This document shows, one piece after another, positions 1 to 9,476 of a DNA stretch of 36,718 bases. Positions within the stretch are counted from its first letter, which is position 1; each line of letters starts with the position of its first letter. Origin of the DNA: a virus (lineage: Duplodnaviria; Caudoviricetes); IMG/VR virus record IMGVR_UViG_3300037419_000727, positions 1-36,718 of that record, one strand, 5' to 3'. Under the pieces are notes generated by a model that saw only the letters and a list, made by a program, of their open reading frames with translations, made no database searches and was not told where the DNA came from. The translations under genes were made by a program, and so were the position numbers.

Positions 1-127
1 TATTGTCAAAACGCTTCGGTTGTGCTAATATTGAGGGTAATGAGATCGTAAGCGTCGATTCTCAAAGATATTTAACAAAATGTATTTAGCGAGACACAAC
101 TGACAATTAAGTCATTATGTCAATACT
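1..127. repeat. 127-bp terminal direct repeat (copy at 36592-36718); circular assembly overlap
   Basis: Exact identity of the first and last 127 nt. Confidence 0.97.
3..31 (+). promoter_or_regulatory. Sigma70-type promoter of the early operon
   Basis: TTGTCA-17 nt-TAATAT with TG extension. Confidence 0.65.
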
Positions 128-180
128 TTTCGACATTTATGTCATAATGTCAAGAAGCTAATGCTTCTCTGACCTCAGTT

Positions 181-209
181 AAGTCTCGCAACCGAAACGG
201 GACTTTTTA
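181..209 (+). terminator. Possible intrinsic terminator/attenuator in the leader
   Basis: AAGTCTCG..CGGGACTT stem followed by a T run. Confidence 0.45.
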
Positions 210-212
210 AAT

Positions 213-395
213 GGGGCCATGAATAGCGATTCGTGACTCCTGAGAGCAATCCCAGGAGAGACAAGCGACAGTCGCCCTAAGATGTCGCCAAGCTCAGACA
301 AGAGCTGTACCAGTCCATATAGCAACTAGCGGACTACGCGTTACAGCACCGTCTAACCGAGTTTGAAATACATATAAGGTGCGGTGGACGTACCA
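213..395 (+). ncRNA. Structured leader RNA of unknown family
   Basis: Consecutive hairpins (GCGACA/TGTCGC, AGCTC/GAGCT, AGTCC/GGACT, GCACC/GGTGC); colinear motif similarity to 34649-34840. Confidence 0.5.
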
Positions 396-412
396 ACAAC
401 AAAGGAGCGCTA

Positions 413-943
413 ATGCGAATAGCACTAGCAGCCTTGTTCAGTATTGCCTTGATTGGTCTAACTGGACACGCAACTCCGACGAACATTAAAAATTCAGAGA
501 TACAGGTAGCGGCAGTAAAGACGACAGGGCAGACTCACGTGGAACACGTAGAACAACCTGAAACGCAAGCTACGCAGGTCGAAGAACCTGCACCGCAACA
601 ACCTACATCTCAGTCGGAACAAGTGGCGGCAACGCCACAACCAACGTATGTCAGTGGAAGTCACGAAGACTGGATGACACAAGCGGGTATTGACCAGAAT
701 GATTGGGCCGCTGTGAATTATATAGTCTCGCATGAATCCTCCTGGCGTTATACAGCGCAAGAACCAACCACGGGTGCTTATGGGTTATGTCAAGCGCTCC
801 CCGCTACTAAGATGAGTAGCGCAGGGGAGGACTGGCTAACAAATCCTGTCACACAGTTAAAGTGGTGTACCCAATACGCACAAAGTCGTTACGGGTCATG
901 GTGGGGCGCATATAGCGTCTGGACTGCACAACGCTGGTGGTAA
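413..943 (+). CDS. Secreted lytic transglycosylase-like protein (Apf/Rpf-like lysozyme fold)
   Basis: Signal peptide, Q/T/P-rich linker, C-terminal IVSHESSW..GAYGLCQALP..QLKW..Y..RYGSW; AAGGAG RBS. Confidence 0.85.
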   Translation: MRIALAALFSIALIGLTGHATPTNIKNSEIQVAAVKTTGQTHVEHVEQPETQATQVEEPAPQQPTSQSEQVAATPQPTYVSGSHEDWMTQAGIDQNDWAAVNYIVSHESSWRYTAQEPTTGAYGLCQALPATKMSSAGEDWLTNPVTQLKWCTQYAQSRYGSWWGAYSVWTAQRWW

Positions 944-948
944 CGAAC

Positions 949-1135
949 GTAAAGCGCAGTAGTGCTGGTAGTAACTGGAAACGGTGAACGCAATTCTGCA
1001 GCACAGCTAGTAACTATGGAGACAGGGTTACGGCCAGCGCTGTTAGTAGTAAGTCCCCATCTGGTATGGGTGCAAGACACTTCGGAGGAACACCGAGGTG
1101 GGAGGTTCGCTTGCTACTAGCACCATGCGCTTTAC
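949..1135 (+). ncRNA. Multi-branched structured RNA (~187 nt) of unknown family
   Basis: About 25-bp closing helix with G-U pairs, GAAA and GAGA tetraloops, several internal hairpins. Confidence 0.65.
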
Positions 1136-1270
1136 ACGGTCAGGGAGTCTGCGAGTCTCCCTGACCAGCACGATTGACGGGCGATAGGTGGCGGTAACTA
1201 CATGGCCGAAGACTACCGCCAGCTTTGACCCGTTAATCTTAACAACCATATTTGAATAAGGAGTAAGACG

Positions 1271-1456
1271 ATGGAATTAATTGAATTAACAGACAAGTTT
1301 GTAGAGAACCACATCAACGCTGTTCTCGACGACCCACGAGTCGGCACGATCGGAAGCCGTACCGATGAAAACGGTATCAAGCATATCTACGTTTACGACC
1401 TAGATAAAGCATGGGAATTAATAAACGGTGAGTGGGTCGAAAAGATCCCATTTTAA
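1271..1456 (+). CDS. Hypothetical protein
   Basis: ORF with TAAGGAG RBS. Confidence 0.75.
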   Translation: MELIELTDKFVENHINAVLDDPRVGTIGSRTDENGIKHIYVYDLDKAWELINGEWVEKIPF

Positions 1457-1475
1457 GAAAGACGAGGGTAAAAGG

Positions 1476-1685
1476 ATGACAGAGCAAATTAAGAGTGCAG
1501 GTCGCACCACGAAACGCAAGATTGAAGACGCCTATGCAGTCATAGCAATGGCCGCCGCGAGCGCAGCAGCCGTCAAGGTAGCTACGTTACAAGACGTTAA
1601 CGGAATCCCATTTTGGCAAATAGTCGCCGGGGTTGTTCTTACAGGAGTGTTTGTAGACATATTTGTACTCAAGAATAAGGAGTAA
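1476..1685 (+). CDS. Small membrane protein
   Basis: AAGG RBS, two hydrophobic segments; start moved to ATG 1476. Confidence 0.7.
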   Translation: MTEQIKSAGRTTKRKIEDAYAVIAMAAASAAAVKVATLQDVNGIPFWQIVAGVVLTGVFVDIFVLKNKE

Positions 1686-1689
1686 GACG

Positions 1690-2265
1690 ATGAAGGACAC
1701 TGGAAAAGTGTTAATACATGGCAAAGAGTACGAGACGGTTGCGAGCCGCGTTCAGCGGTTTCGTGAAGCCCATAAGCTGGAGTTCAGCATTGTAACTGAA
1801 CTTGTCGAACGGGACAGCCAAACGGTAGTCATGAAGGCTTCGATCTTCAAAGACAACCAAGTAATAGCCACGGGCTATGCCGAGGAGAATCGCAACTCTA
1901 GCACTATCAATAAGACCAGTGCCTTAGAGAACTGTGAAACCTCAGCCATTGGACGGGCTTTAGCCGCCTTTGGCATGGCAGGTTCGGAGTACGCGAGTGC
2001 TGACGAGGTGGCCCAGGCCATAGCGCAGCAGGCTACCACAACCGTTCAGAAAGTGTTTAAGCAGGAAGCGCCAAAACCTAAGATGAAGCTCACAGGTATG
2101 GCGACAGATAAGCAACGCGCCATAATCGAGAGTCACTTATCGAGAAGCGGCGTTACCTTAGAGAACCAACCAGGCCACTTAATTGAACACTATGGAGTAG
2201 AAGTTCCTCTAACAAAAGAGGGTGCTTCATTTGTGATTGACGAACTATTTAGCAAGAAGGTGTAA
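1690..2265 (+). CDS. Rad52/Rad22-like single-strand annealing protein (putative)
   Basis: ATGYAEE..INKTSALENCETSAIGRAL motif; adjacent to ssb. Confidence 0.65.
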   Translation: MKDTGKVLIHGKEYETVASRVQRFREAHKLEFSIVTELVERDSQTVVMKASIFKDNQVIATGYAEENRNSSTINKTSALENCETSAIGRALAAFGMAGSEYASADEVAQAIAQQATTTVQKVFKQEAPKPKMKLTGMATDKQRAIIESHLSRSGVTLENQPGHLIEHYGVEVPLTKEGASFVIDELFSKKV

Positions 2266-2268
2266 CAC

Positions 2269-2622
2269 ATGTCGAGAAGTTTGAATCAAGTAACGTTGTT
2301 AGGAAATTTAACCAGAGATCCAGAACTCCATACATTGGAGGACGGCAAAGTCGTAGCCAATTTTTCTATAGCCCTAAATCGGCCATATAAGACCGAATCA
2401 GGCGAGTGGAAAGAAGTAACAGACTTTGTAGATGTCGTCACCTGGGAACGGCTCGCAGAGCGCGTAAGTGAACATCTCAAAAAGGGAAGTCGGGCTTTAG
2501 TGATCGGAAGATTACAAAACCGCAGTTTTGAGAAAGAAGGCATTAAGCAAGTTAAAACCTCCGTCGTTGCGTCTGATGTGACGTTTTTAGACGGTAAAGG
2601 AAGAGAAGATGAGCAGACATGA
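2269..2622 (+). CDS. ssb: Single-stranded DNA-binding protein
   Basis: LNQVTLLGNLTRDPEL..VVTWERLAE..LKKGSRALVIGRLQNRS. Confidence 0.97.
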   Translation: MSRSLNQVTLLGNLTRDPELHTLEDGKVVANFSIALNRPYKTESGEWKEVTDFVDVVTWERLAERVSEHLKKGSRALVIGRLQNRSFEKEGIKQVKTSVVASDVTFLDGKGREDEQT

Positions 2623-2720
2623 CGTTGTAATCGGTCTGATTCATTGTAATCGGCCGAAGTGCGGGCAGTTCGTCGTGAAGTGCCACCATAAGCAATAACC
2701 GTAAATAGGGGTATAAAGCC

Positions 2721-2912
2721 GTGAAGCGCATACGAATCCGCGTTTTGATCGGTTGGGCGGGCGAGCCAACATACATGGAAGCAGAGACATTCTGCGTCGA
2801 AGACTACGAGGCTACAGAAGATGTCAATGGACGAATCAACCAATTCACTACCGATGTCATCGAATTAATAAGAGAGGGTGAGTACGATGAAGACTTGGAG
2901 CATATTCGGTAA
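2721..2912 (+). CDS. Hypothetical acidic protein
   Basis: ORF in operon context, overlaps the next gene. Confidence 0.55.
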   Translation: MKRIRIRVLIGWAGEPTYMEAETFCVEDYEATEDVNGRINQFTTDVIELIREGEYDEDLEHIR

Positions 2913-3147
2913 TACAGCCGAACCAGATATGAAAGATGAAATGAAGCGCCGCAAATCACAATGCGACAAAATCATTACCTTATTTGAAAGTGGAAAAGCA
3001 ATCACGACGGTCGAATTGATGAACGTCGCGGCGAACTACACCATGCGGATTAGCGACCTTCGCAAGAAGGGCCATGTAATAACCGCCGAGTATGTAAAAC
3101 CAGGTGTCTATCACTACACCTATGTCGGCAATAAGCATGACGATTGA
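2878..3147 (+). CDS. Winged-helix HTH DNA-binding protein
   Basis: ITTVELM..YTMRISDLRKKGHVI pattern typical of small phage wHTH proteins. Confidence 0.7.
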   Translation: MSTMKTWSIFGNTAEPDMKDEMKRRKSQCDKIITLFESGKAITTVELMNVAANYTMRISDLRKKGHVITAEYVKPGVYHYTYVGNKHDD

Positions 3148-3207
3148 GCGCATCTGCGTTAACTGTCACAAGCCTATAAAGCAGACCAAACGAAAGGTTA
3201 AAACAGT

Positions 3208-3537
3208 ATGTCAGTGTGCAAGTTCTGCGAACTAGCCGGACATACAGCCTTTAAATGCCCTAAGCGACCGCGTAAGCCGCTCAAGACAACCAAACCTATG
3301 AAGAAAATAGGCAAGGTTGGCAAACAAACGGCAAGCGCGGTCGCTAAGTGGAAGCGGACAGTAAAACCAAATCACGAGGGTTATTACGAATGTTACATTT
3401 GCGGCCGATGGGTTGAATACAATATGGCCGAACACGTGAAGAGTAAGGCGAGACATCCCGAACTCCGCACAGATTATCACAATTTAGCGCCAGTATGCGC
3501 GTCTTGTAATGAGGCAAAAGGAAGTCATGACAACTAG
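3208..3537 (+). CDS. HNH endonuclease-like protein with N-terminal Zn knuckle
   Basis: CxxCxxxGHxxxxC; CYICG..EH..NLAPVCASCNEAKG. Confidence 0.85.
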   Translation: MSVCKFCELAGHTAFKCPKRPRKPLKTTKPMKKIGKVGKQTASAVAKWKRTVKPNHEGYYECYICGRWVEYNMAEHVKSKARHPELRTDYHNLAPVCASCNEAKGSHDN

Positions 3538-3545
3538 GAGGGTTT

Positions 3546-3824
3546 ATGGCAGGAACAAGCGAAGGCGGCAAGCGAGCCGCAGAAACTATTAAGCAAAAAG
3601 ATAAAAACTTCTTTGCCGAGATCGGCCACTTAGGTGGCAAGGCAGGCGGCGGAAAAGGTGGCTTTGTCACCATGACACCGGAAGAACGACGATCGGCAGG
3701 CGCTAAAGGCGGCAGTCGCCCGAAGTCTGAGGAAACGCGGGCTAAAATGCGCGCAGGCCATGCTAAACGGAAAGCTGCGCTACTCGCGCAACTACGAGAG
3801 GGGGAGCCGAAGAGTGAAGTCTAG
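3546..3824 (+). CDS. KGG-repeat (general-stress-like) basic protein
   Basis: FFAEIGHLGGKAGG..AGAKGG; GGAGG RBS. Confidence 0.7.
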   Translation: MAGTSEGGKRAAETIKQKDKNFFAEIGHLGGKAGGGKGGFVTMTPEERRSAGAKGGSRPKSEETRAKMRAGHAKRKAALLAQLREGEPKSEV

Positions 3825-3923
3825 TCCACTCGACAAGTTCAAACTTCATTTTGAGGATATTAAATCAACGCATAAGAAACGTATTCACGCGTTACTTTTG
3901 CACCTAGTAACGAGGGCGAAGAA

Positions 3924-4106
3924 ATGACAGCAATTTTAGTAATGATGGCAGGGATCACGGGCTTTTTCATAGGCATTACCGTGACGATGCGACTAGCAAA
4001 CAGCTTAATTAACCAGATGATAGACCTGTTTGATTCAGAACAATTCTATGCAGAGCTTGACGATCAACTTAGTTACGCGAAGGCAGACAAGAAGGCAAAG
4101 CGATGA
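3924..4106 (+). CDS. Small membrane-anchored protein
   Basis: N-terminal hydrophobic helix. Confidence 0.6.
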   Translation: MTAILVMMAGITGFFIGITVTMRLANSLINQMIDLFDSEQFYAELDDQLSYAKADKKAKR

Positions 4107-4267
4107 CCAACCGTCATAAACGCTGGCTAACATATGAAGTGTTGGCAACTATCATGCTAATCGGGGCTATTGCATTAGTACCGAAGATGCCTACCTGGAA
4201 GTATTTTCTCTTGGGTGTTTGCATCGGGCTTTACGCTCAATTTCGCATTAGTCAGGACAGACTATGA
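4103..4267 (+). CDS. 54-aa two-TM membrane protein, paralog A (not in ORF track)
   Basis: MTNRHKRWLTYEVL..QDRL; ATGA overlaps at both ends. Confidence 0.7.
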   Translation: MTNRHKRWLTYEVLATIMLIGAIALVPKMPTWKYFLLGVCIGLYAQFRISQDRL

Positions 4268-4358
4268 ACACGCTGAAATGGGAAGCTGTGAAGTTCGTAG
4301 CCTACTCAATCGTAGCGATATTCATTCTTATGTATATGAATGTGTTGAAGGTGTGATT

Positions 4359-4697
4359 ATGGCGGATTTGCAAGACTCAACTAAGCCTACAGTTAGTGGC
4401 AACCAAGTCGATAACCTCATAGAGGAAGTGATTGAGTTGTGGAATGAATACTTGGACTATAAACAAGAACAGTATATTGAGAACTTCCGAATCCAGGACC
4501 GTGTACGCGAAGATTATTTCGATAAGGTTAGTCTTAACTCAGGAGGATTCATACCGAACCCACCCGTTGTTACCTCTGTGCCTGAGTCGTTCCCTGATTT
4601 CATGAACTGGTTAAAACGCCACAGAGTTACCGACTTGGCTAGTACAAACTCTAAGCCACCTCAGACGGATACAAAATCCGCAAAGGAGGCATCATGA
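4359..4697 (+). CDS. Hypothetical protein
   Basis: Start moved to ATG 4359 after GAAGGTG. Confidence 0.65.
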   Translation: MADLQDSTKPTVSGNQVDNLIEEVIELWNEYLDYKQEQYIENFRIQDRVREDYFDKVSLNSGGFIPNPPVVTSVPESFPDFMNWLKRHRVTDLASTNSKPPQTDTKSAKEAS

Positions 4698-4826
4698 GCG
4701 AACACATCTACACCAAACCCAATATTAAAGAACTCATGAGTGAAGCACTACGAAGAATGCTCCCACAAGCAGAAGAAGTAGAGATAACCCCAGCAAGTAT
4801 ACAGTTCTATAGAACAGGAGAAGAAG

Positions 4827-4991
4827 ATGAGCAATAACCGTAAACGCTGGTTAGCATATGAAGTATTAGAAGCAATTGTTATATGTGGGGCTGTAGTATT
4901 GGTACCGAACATGCCTATGTGGAAATACCTTGTCTTAGGCCTATGTTTTGGGCTGTACGCAGGTCTTAATATTCGCCAGGACAGGCTATGA
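4827..4991 (+). CDS. 54-aa two-TM membrane protein, paralog B (not in ORF track)
   Basis: MSNNRKRWLAYEVL..QDRL; AGGAG RBS. Confidence 0.7.
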   Translation: MSNNRKRWLAYEVLEAIVICGAVVLVPNMPMWKYLVLGLCFGLYAGLNIRQDRL

Positions 4992-5148
4992 GTGAAAAAG
5001 TAATCAACTTAATACCGCGCTTAATCGACTACCACACGAAAGCAGCAGACTACCACGAACAAGAAGCAGAACTCAGTAGAACCCTAGCAGGCAGACTAGC
5101 AGTCCACTACTCAGGACAGTTACAACTAGAGATAGAGGAGACACAGGA

Positions 5149-5550
5149 ATGAGAGAGCTTAAATTCCGCGCATGGTTCCCTAAAGAACACTACAGCGAAC
5201 CACACATGGCATATTTGGATATAAACGATGACTTCGGCGGCAAATCTGCTACATGGCAACTTCGCAACTTGCAGCATCCCAAACCAGACGGCCCAATCTA
5301 TATGCAATACACTGGCCAGAAAGACAAGAGCTTTAATCGGATAGAAATTTACGAAGGTGACTTATTTGGAAAATCTGATAGTGATGGAGTTGAAGTTTTT
5401 GGTGAGGTTTACTTTGATACCGACTTTGCTGGCTTCTGTGTTAAATACCCGAACGGCGGCTGGACGACATTAGGTGAACACCTCTTGGAAAAACAGAATC
5501 ACCGTGAAATTATTGGCAATATCTATGAGAATCCGGAGCTACTGAAATGA
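5149..5550 (+). CDS. YopX family protein
   Basis: MRELKFRAW..MQYTGQKD..EIYEGD..EIIGNIYENPELL. Confidence 0.93.
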   Translation: MRELKFRAWFPKEHYSEPHMAYLDINDDFGGKSATWQLRNLQHPKPDGPIYMQYTGQKDKSFNRIEIYEGDLFGKSDSDGVEVFGEVYFDTDFAGFCVKYPNGGWTTLGEHLLEKQNHREIIGNIYENPELLK

Positions 5551-5635
5551 CCATTAATAACCTGAAAGAACTAGCTATATTGTGTCTCATAAGCAAGATG
5601 CCTCCAGAAGACTTTAAGAAAGTACTGGAGCTATT

Positions 5636-8600
5636 ATGACCACTCAATCATTCCAAACCACCTACCCAGAACTTACAGAAGGCCAAATCCGTATGCTGCA
5701 TCGTGAAATTTGTAGTGAGGTTATCGGAGCTGACGACCCATCATTAAATACCTATGTGAATTTCAGCAATGGCACGATAACCCAAACAGGCGAAATCAAT
5801 AAGTTTAAAGCGGAGCAACGGAAACGTCTAGCAAGCTATCTAGGAGTTGAGCAACGCCAGAAGCTCAGCCAATACGGAGGCAGCGATGAGTAACAAGCAA
5901 TTCTCGCAGTACCGCAATGCTCAGACAAATTGTGACCATTCCAAACATACCGAAACACTTGGTAACACGAACTGTTGCTTCTGCGCAAAGTTAATGGCCG
6001 TACTCTGTGAGCGGAACGATATTACAGGAAGTGAATTTGTCGAGCAATACGGACAATGGCTACGAATACAGCCCGACTTCATCGAAGCGATGAATAAAGT
6101 AAAGGCTACGCTATGAGTAAGTATGACTTAACGCCTGGTGACAAACGCAGGATTATGTTCAATCGAAGATTCGAGGCTAACTACCAGGCAATCAAAAGGT
6201 CACTGAATGAGCGACTCTACAGTGAGCTTACTGATGAAGAAGAAGCCGAGTGGAAGTTATCACAGCGGCTTGCTCAGACCGATAGCCAAGATAAGCCAGG
6301 CAAGAACGCTAAGGAGCTGCTATGACCTCACTACCTAATCCAGATGACGAGCTAGAAGCTGCAATAGAGGGTCTACGAAACATCCTATGGGGAGTAGGGA
6401 GCGGCGAGCTTCCGTATTCAGCAGGTTCTATGAAACTAGCGCAAAAGGTTGAAGCCCTCATAAAATCAGAAAAACAAGCCCTCCTCGATACCATTCAGGC
6501 AGGAGTGCCGGAGAAAGATACCGAAGAATACCTAGAATTTGCCAGCCAACAATATGCCGAAGGCGGTAATGACATGATTGACCAATTTAACGCAACTATA
6601 GAGGATGTAAGGAGGGAAATAAATGGCGGATAAGCATGAGCACAACCACATAATTCCAAAAGACTATCTGATAGTGGACGTCACCTACAACCATTCACCA
6701 GCCAAGAAGATGATACTTACCAAGCTACGCTGTGTGTGTGGACACGAGGTAGAAATATGAAATGGCAGTGGGAAGACTTTGGTCAATATGTTGAAGTAAT
6801 GCTGCTTACTGATAGCAAAGAGCATTATGCTGGCGATGAATGTTGGTGTAACCCTGTAACTACAACCGAACCTGATAGCAGGCCGCTAATAAGCCACAAT
6901 GCAGTTACCGACTTGCAGCCCTCAGACCCAGACACCAACTCGGAGCAGGCTGAGGCGCACTAGTCCGCCCCACTAACTAAGGAGAATATAGATGACCAGT
7001 ATCTGTCAAAACTGTGGAATGAGTTTTCAGTCCTTACATGTACCAAGTCATGTTTGTGGAGTTAAGCAGCTATGACCGACGTTGTGGCAGCACTAAGGAG
7101 GATATAACTATGAGTAAGCTAGATAAATACACAGACAGAGGCTTTAAGTGGTATAAGCCCGTAGGCAAAGTTACTGTTTATGAATCAAGTTCTGCTGAAC
7201 AAGCAAAACTATGGATAAAGATTGATGATGGCTCCGAAGCTATAACAGATTTAACGCTCTCACAAGCACTTGAGTTATCTGAAACCCTCTCCGAAGCAGT
7301 ACGGAATCATTATCAGGAGCGGCTATGAGCACACCAAGCAATGATGATTCATGGGTAGAAGAAGTGCTGTTACAAGCAGCTAATCCCGTTGATTTACGGA
7401 GAACCTATGGCGACCGCTATTCAGAATTTATTGAACGCAATAAAGATGTACCGAGGATAAAAGACGCCGCCGCCGAAATACGCCGCCGGATGGTAGAGGC
7501 CGAGGTACAACGCACACTAAATGCTTTCACGCAATTAAAGCAAGCCAGAATTAACCACACTCTATCTGTTCACCCTGACGATTGGATGCGTGAAGTTGAT
7601 TTTATTGATATGGAAATGAACCGACAATTAGCAGAGCTGAAACAGCAGGGAGGGGAATAGAGATGATAATTACTCTTCATAAAACTTGTAGTGAATGTTT
7701 GCCCCATATATGTAACTACCACACCGGCCATCCCCACTTAGGAGAACACAAACGAAAGATATCGAACTTATACAGAAGCAAGAAGGGAGATGTATGAGGC
7801 TGGTTAAAACTATATTCATATACGTACAATATTGGGGTTTTCTTACTTGGAAAGAAGCATGGGAGGAATCGATGCTATGAGTAGCTTTGCAGGTTATTGC
7901 TACTGGTGCGAGAAACCAGTCATGCACAAGACGCTATTCGGCACACTGCACCTATGCCTCACGGATGAAGAAAAAGCCCTCAAGGTACGCTTGCAGCAAC
8001 AAGGTAGCGGACTAGTTGGCAATAGACTTCAGAAGTTGACACAAGGTCTTGCGGGGCAGCCCTATGCACCTAAGAAGGAGAAGATATGACTACCTCACCG
8101 AACAAAGACTGGTTAGATGAAATACTAAAAGGTGCTGCCGCTACTTACATGGATGATGACTCATTCCAGATATTCGGAGAGCCAAAATCAATCACATTTC
8201 GACAAGCCAGGGCAGCCATACAGCAGCACATAGTAGAGGTACTGAAAGATATTCGTTGCAAAAGTGATTGGGGAGACGGCTCTCCTAACTATTTAGACCA
8301 GAAAATTAAGCAGTACGACCCTACATATGATGTGCGCCTGGAGATAGATAGAAGAGACGCTGAACTCCAAGCGGGCCAGGAGGGGGAGTATGAGCATTAA
8401 GAACTTTATGGAAGAAGACCATCCTGCCATGTTTGTTAGTCCTGATGGCAAGATAGGGCGTATTGGTGGGGTAAGCTTTGTCCGTATTCACGTATATGTC
8501 AAAGAAGCACCACGCTGGATACCAGATAGAGTATGGTACTGGTTAGCTGACAGAATCACGCACACTGTAAACGAAAGAATGGAGAAGTAAAATGAGTGAC

Positions 8601-8735
8601 GTAATATTTGTAATATTAATTCTGTTTATACTGATCGCTATTACAGACAAGCCATTGGCAAAACGCGCAGTAAATCAGATTAAACTAGAATTTGTCCGTC
8701 TCGTAGAGTGGAGCGAGAAACGAAACAAAGATTAG
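5636..8735 (+). other. Array of about 15 short, translationally coupled hypothetical genes (e.g. 5636-5893, 5886-6116, 6113-6325, 6322-6633, 6757-6963, 7110-7328, 7325-7660, 7877-8089, 8086-8400, 8390-8590)
   Basis: Overlapping stop/start codons and strong RBSs; no recognisable domains. Confidence 0.7.
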
Positions 8736-8763
8736 CTATAATAGTCTTATGCCAGAAGACATG

Positions 8764-8949
8764 CTAGCTTTCTTTTGGGTCAGGATTGATCCTTATCGGT
8801 GGTAGATTGCCAGACTCCTTTAATTCCCGACAATCACGACACATTAGTAGCGAAAGCAGTGTAGTGACGCCTGGCTCTTCCTTTGTTACCATAACCGGTA
8901 CAGGACCGACCGCTTCTTTTTCTTTGCACACCTGGCACTTCGATTTCAT
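8764..8949 (-). CDS. Small Zn-finger-like protein
   Basis: CQVC..CRDC; AGGAGG RBS on the minus strand. Confidence 0.75.
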   Translation of the reverse strand: MKSKCQVCKEKEAVGPVPVMVTKEEPGVTTLLSLLMCRDCRELKESGNLPPIRINPDPKES

Positions 8950-9085
8950 AGTATCCTCCTATAACAATTATAATGGGTTTGTACCCCAAGTACATGTTGT
9001 AAGATTTTACTACATAAAGCTTAAGCAATTGCATCGGATATTGCGGAGGTATACACTAGCTCACTACTAATTCACAGGAGGCATT

Positions 9086-9235
9086 ATGCCAAAGCCAGAC
9101 ACTACTACAATAATTCAGATTAGCGCAGGGTCGGGACACACGCGCACAGGACAAATACCCGTAGTTTTTGGACTAGGAGATGACGGTATCGTATACATAC
9201 TGTCAGGGGGAGTGTGGGAAGTATACAATTCATAG
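9086..9235 (+). CDS. 49-aa hypothetical protein with its own promoter
   Basis: TTGCAT-17-TACACT, AGGAGG RBS, MPKPDTTTIIQIS.. Confidence 0.65.
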   Translation: MPKPDTTTIIQISAGSGHTRTGQIPVVFGLGDDGIVYILSGGVWEVYNS

Positions 9236-9306
9236 TGTGTAAAATCTAACAGACTAAATAAAGTCTTGCCCGTATACTCGGGAGTCATCGTGATAGGAGG
9301 ACGACA

Positions 9307-9414
9307 ATGCGAACATTACATGATACATATCCGTCCAGCTGGCACGAACTCAGAGAATACGGTATGCAGGGCGAGCATGACGTATTGTTTAACTACCGGG
9401 TTCGGTTAGCTTAA
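9307..9414 (+). CDS. 35-aa hypothetical peptide
   Basis: AGGAGG RBS; followed by a terminator. Confidence 0.5.
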   Translation: MRTLHDTYPSSWHELREYGMQGEHDVLFNYRVRLA

Positions 9415-9435
9415 CAATTCAATCACGCGATTCGG

Positions 9436-9476
9436 GAAACGGCCTAAGATCATAACTCTCAGGTCGTTTTTCTTTG
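9436..9476 (+). terminator. Intrinsic terminator
   Basis: GAAACGGCCT/AGGTCGTTTT stem plus T tract. Confidence 0.6.

Noticed and set aside
213-400. c-di-AMP or TPP riboswitch upstream of the muralytic gene
   Set aside because: Only CTGAGA matches TPP; other conserved cores are missing
949-1135. RNase P, 6S or tmRNA assignment
   Set aside because: Lacks RNase P conserved regions and tRNA-like ends; branched rather than a rod with central bubble
2286-2843. 185-aa minus-strand ORF and other antisense ORFs in the track
   Set aside because: Overlap well-supported plus-strand genes, no RBS or motifs
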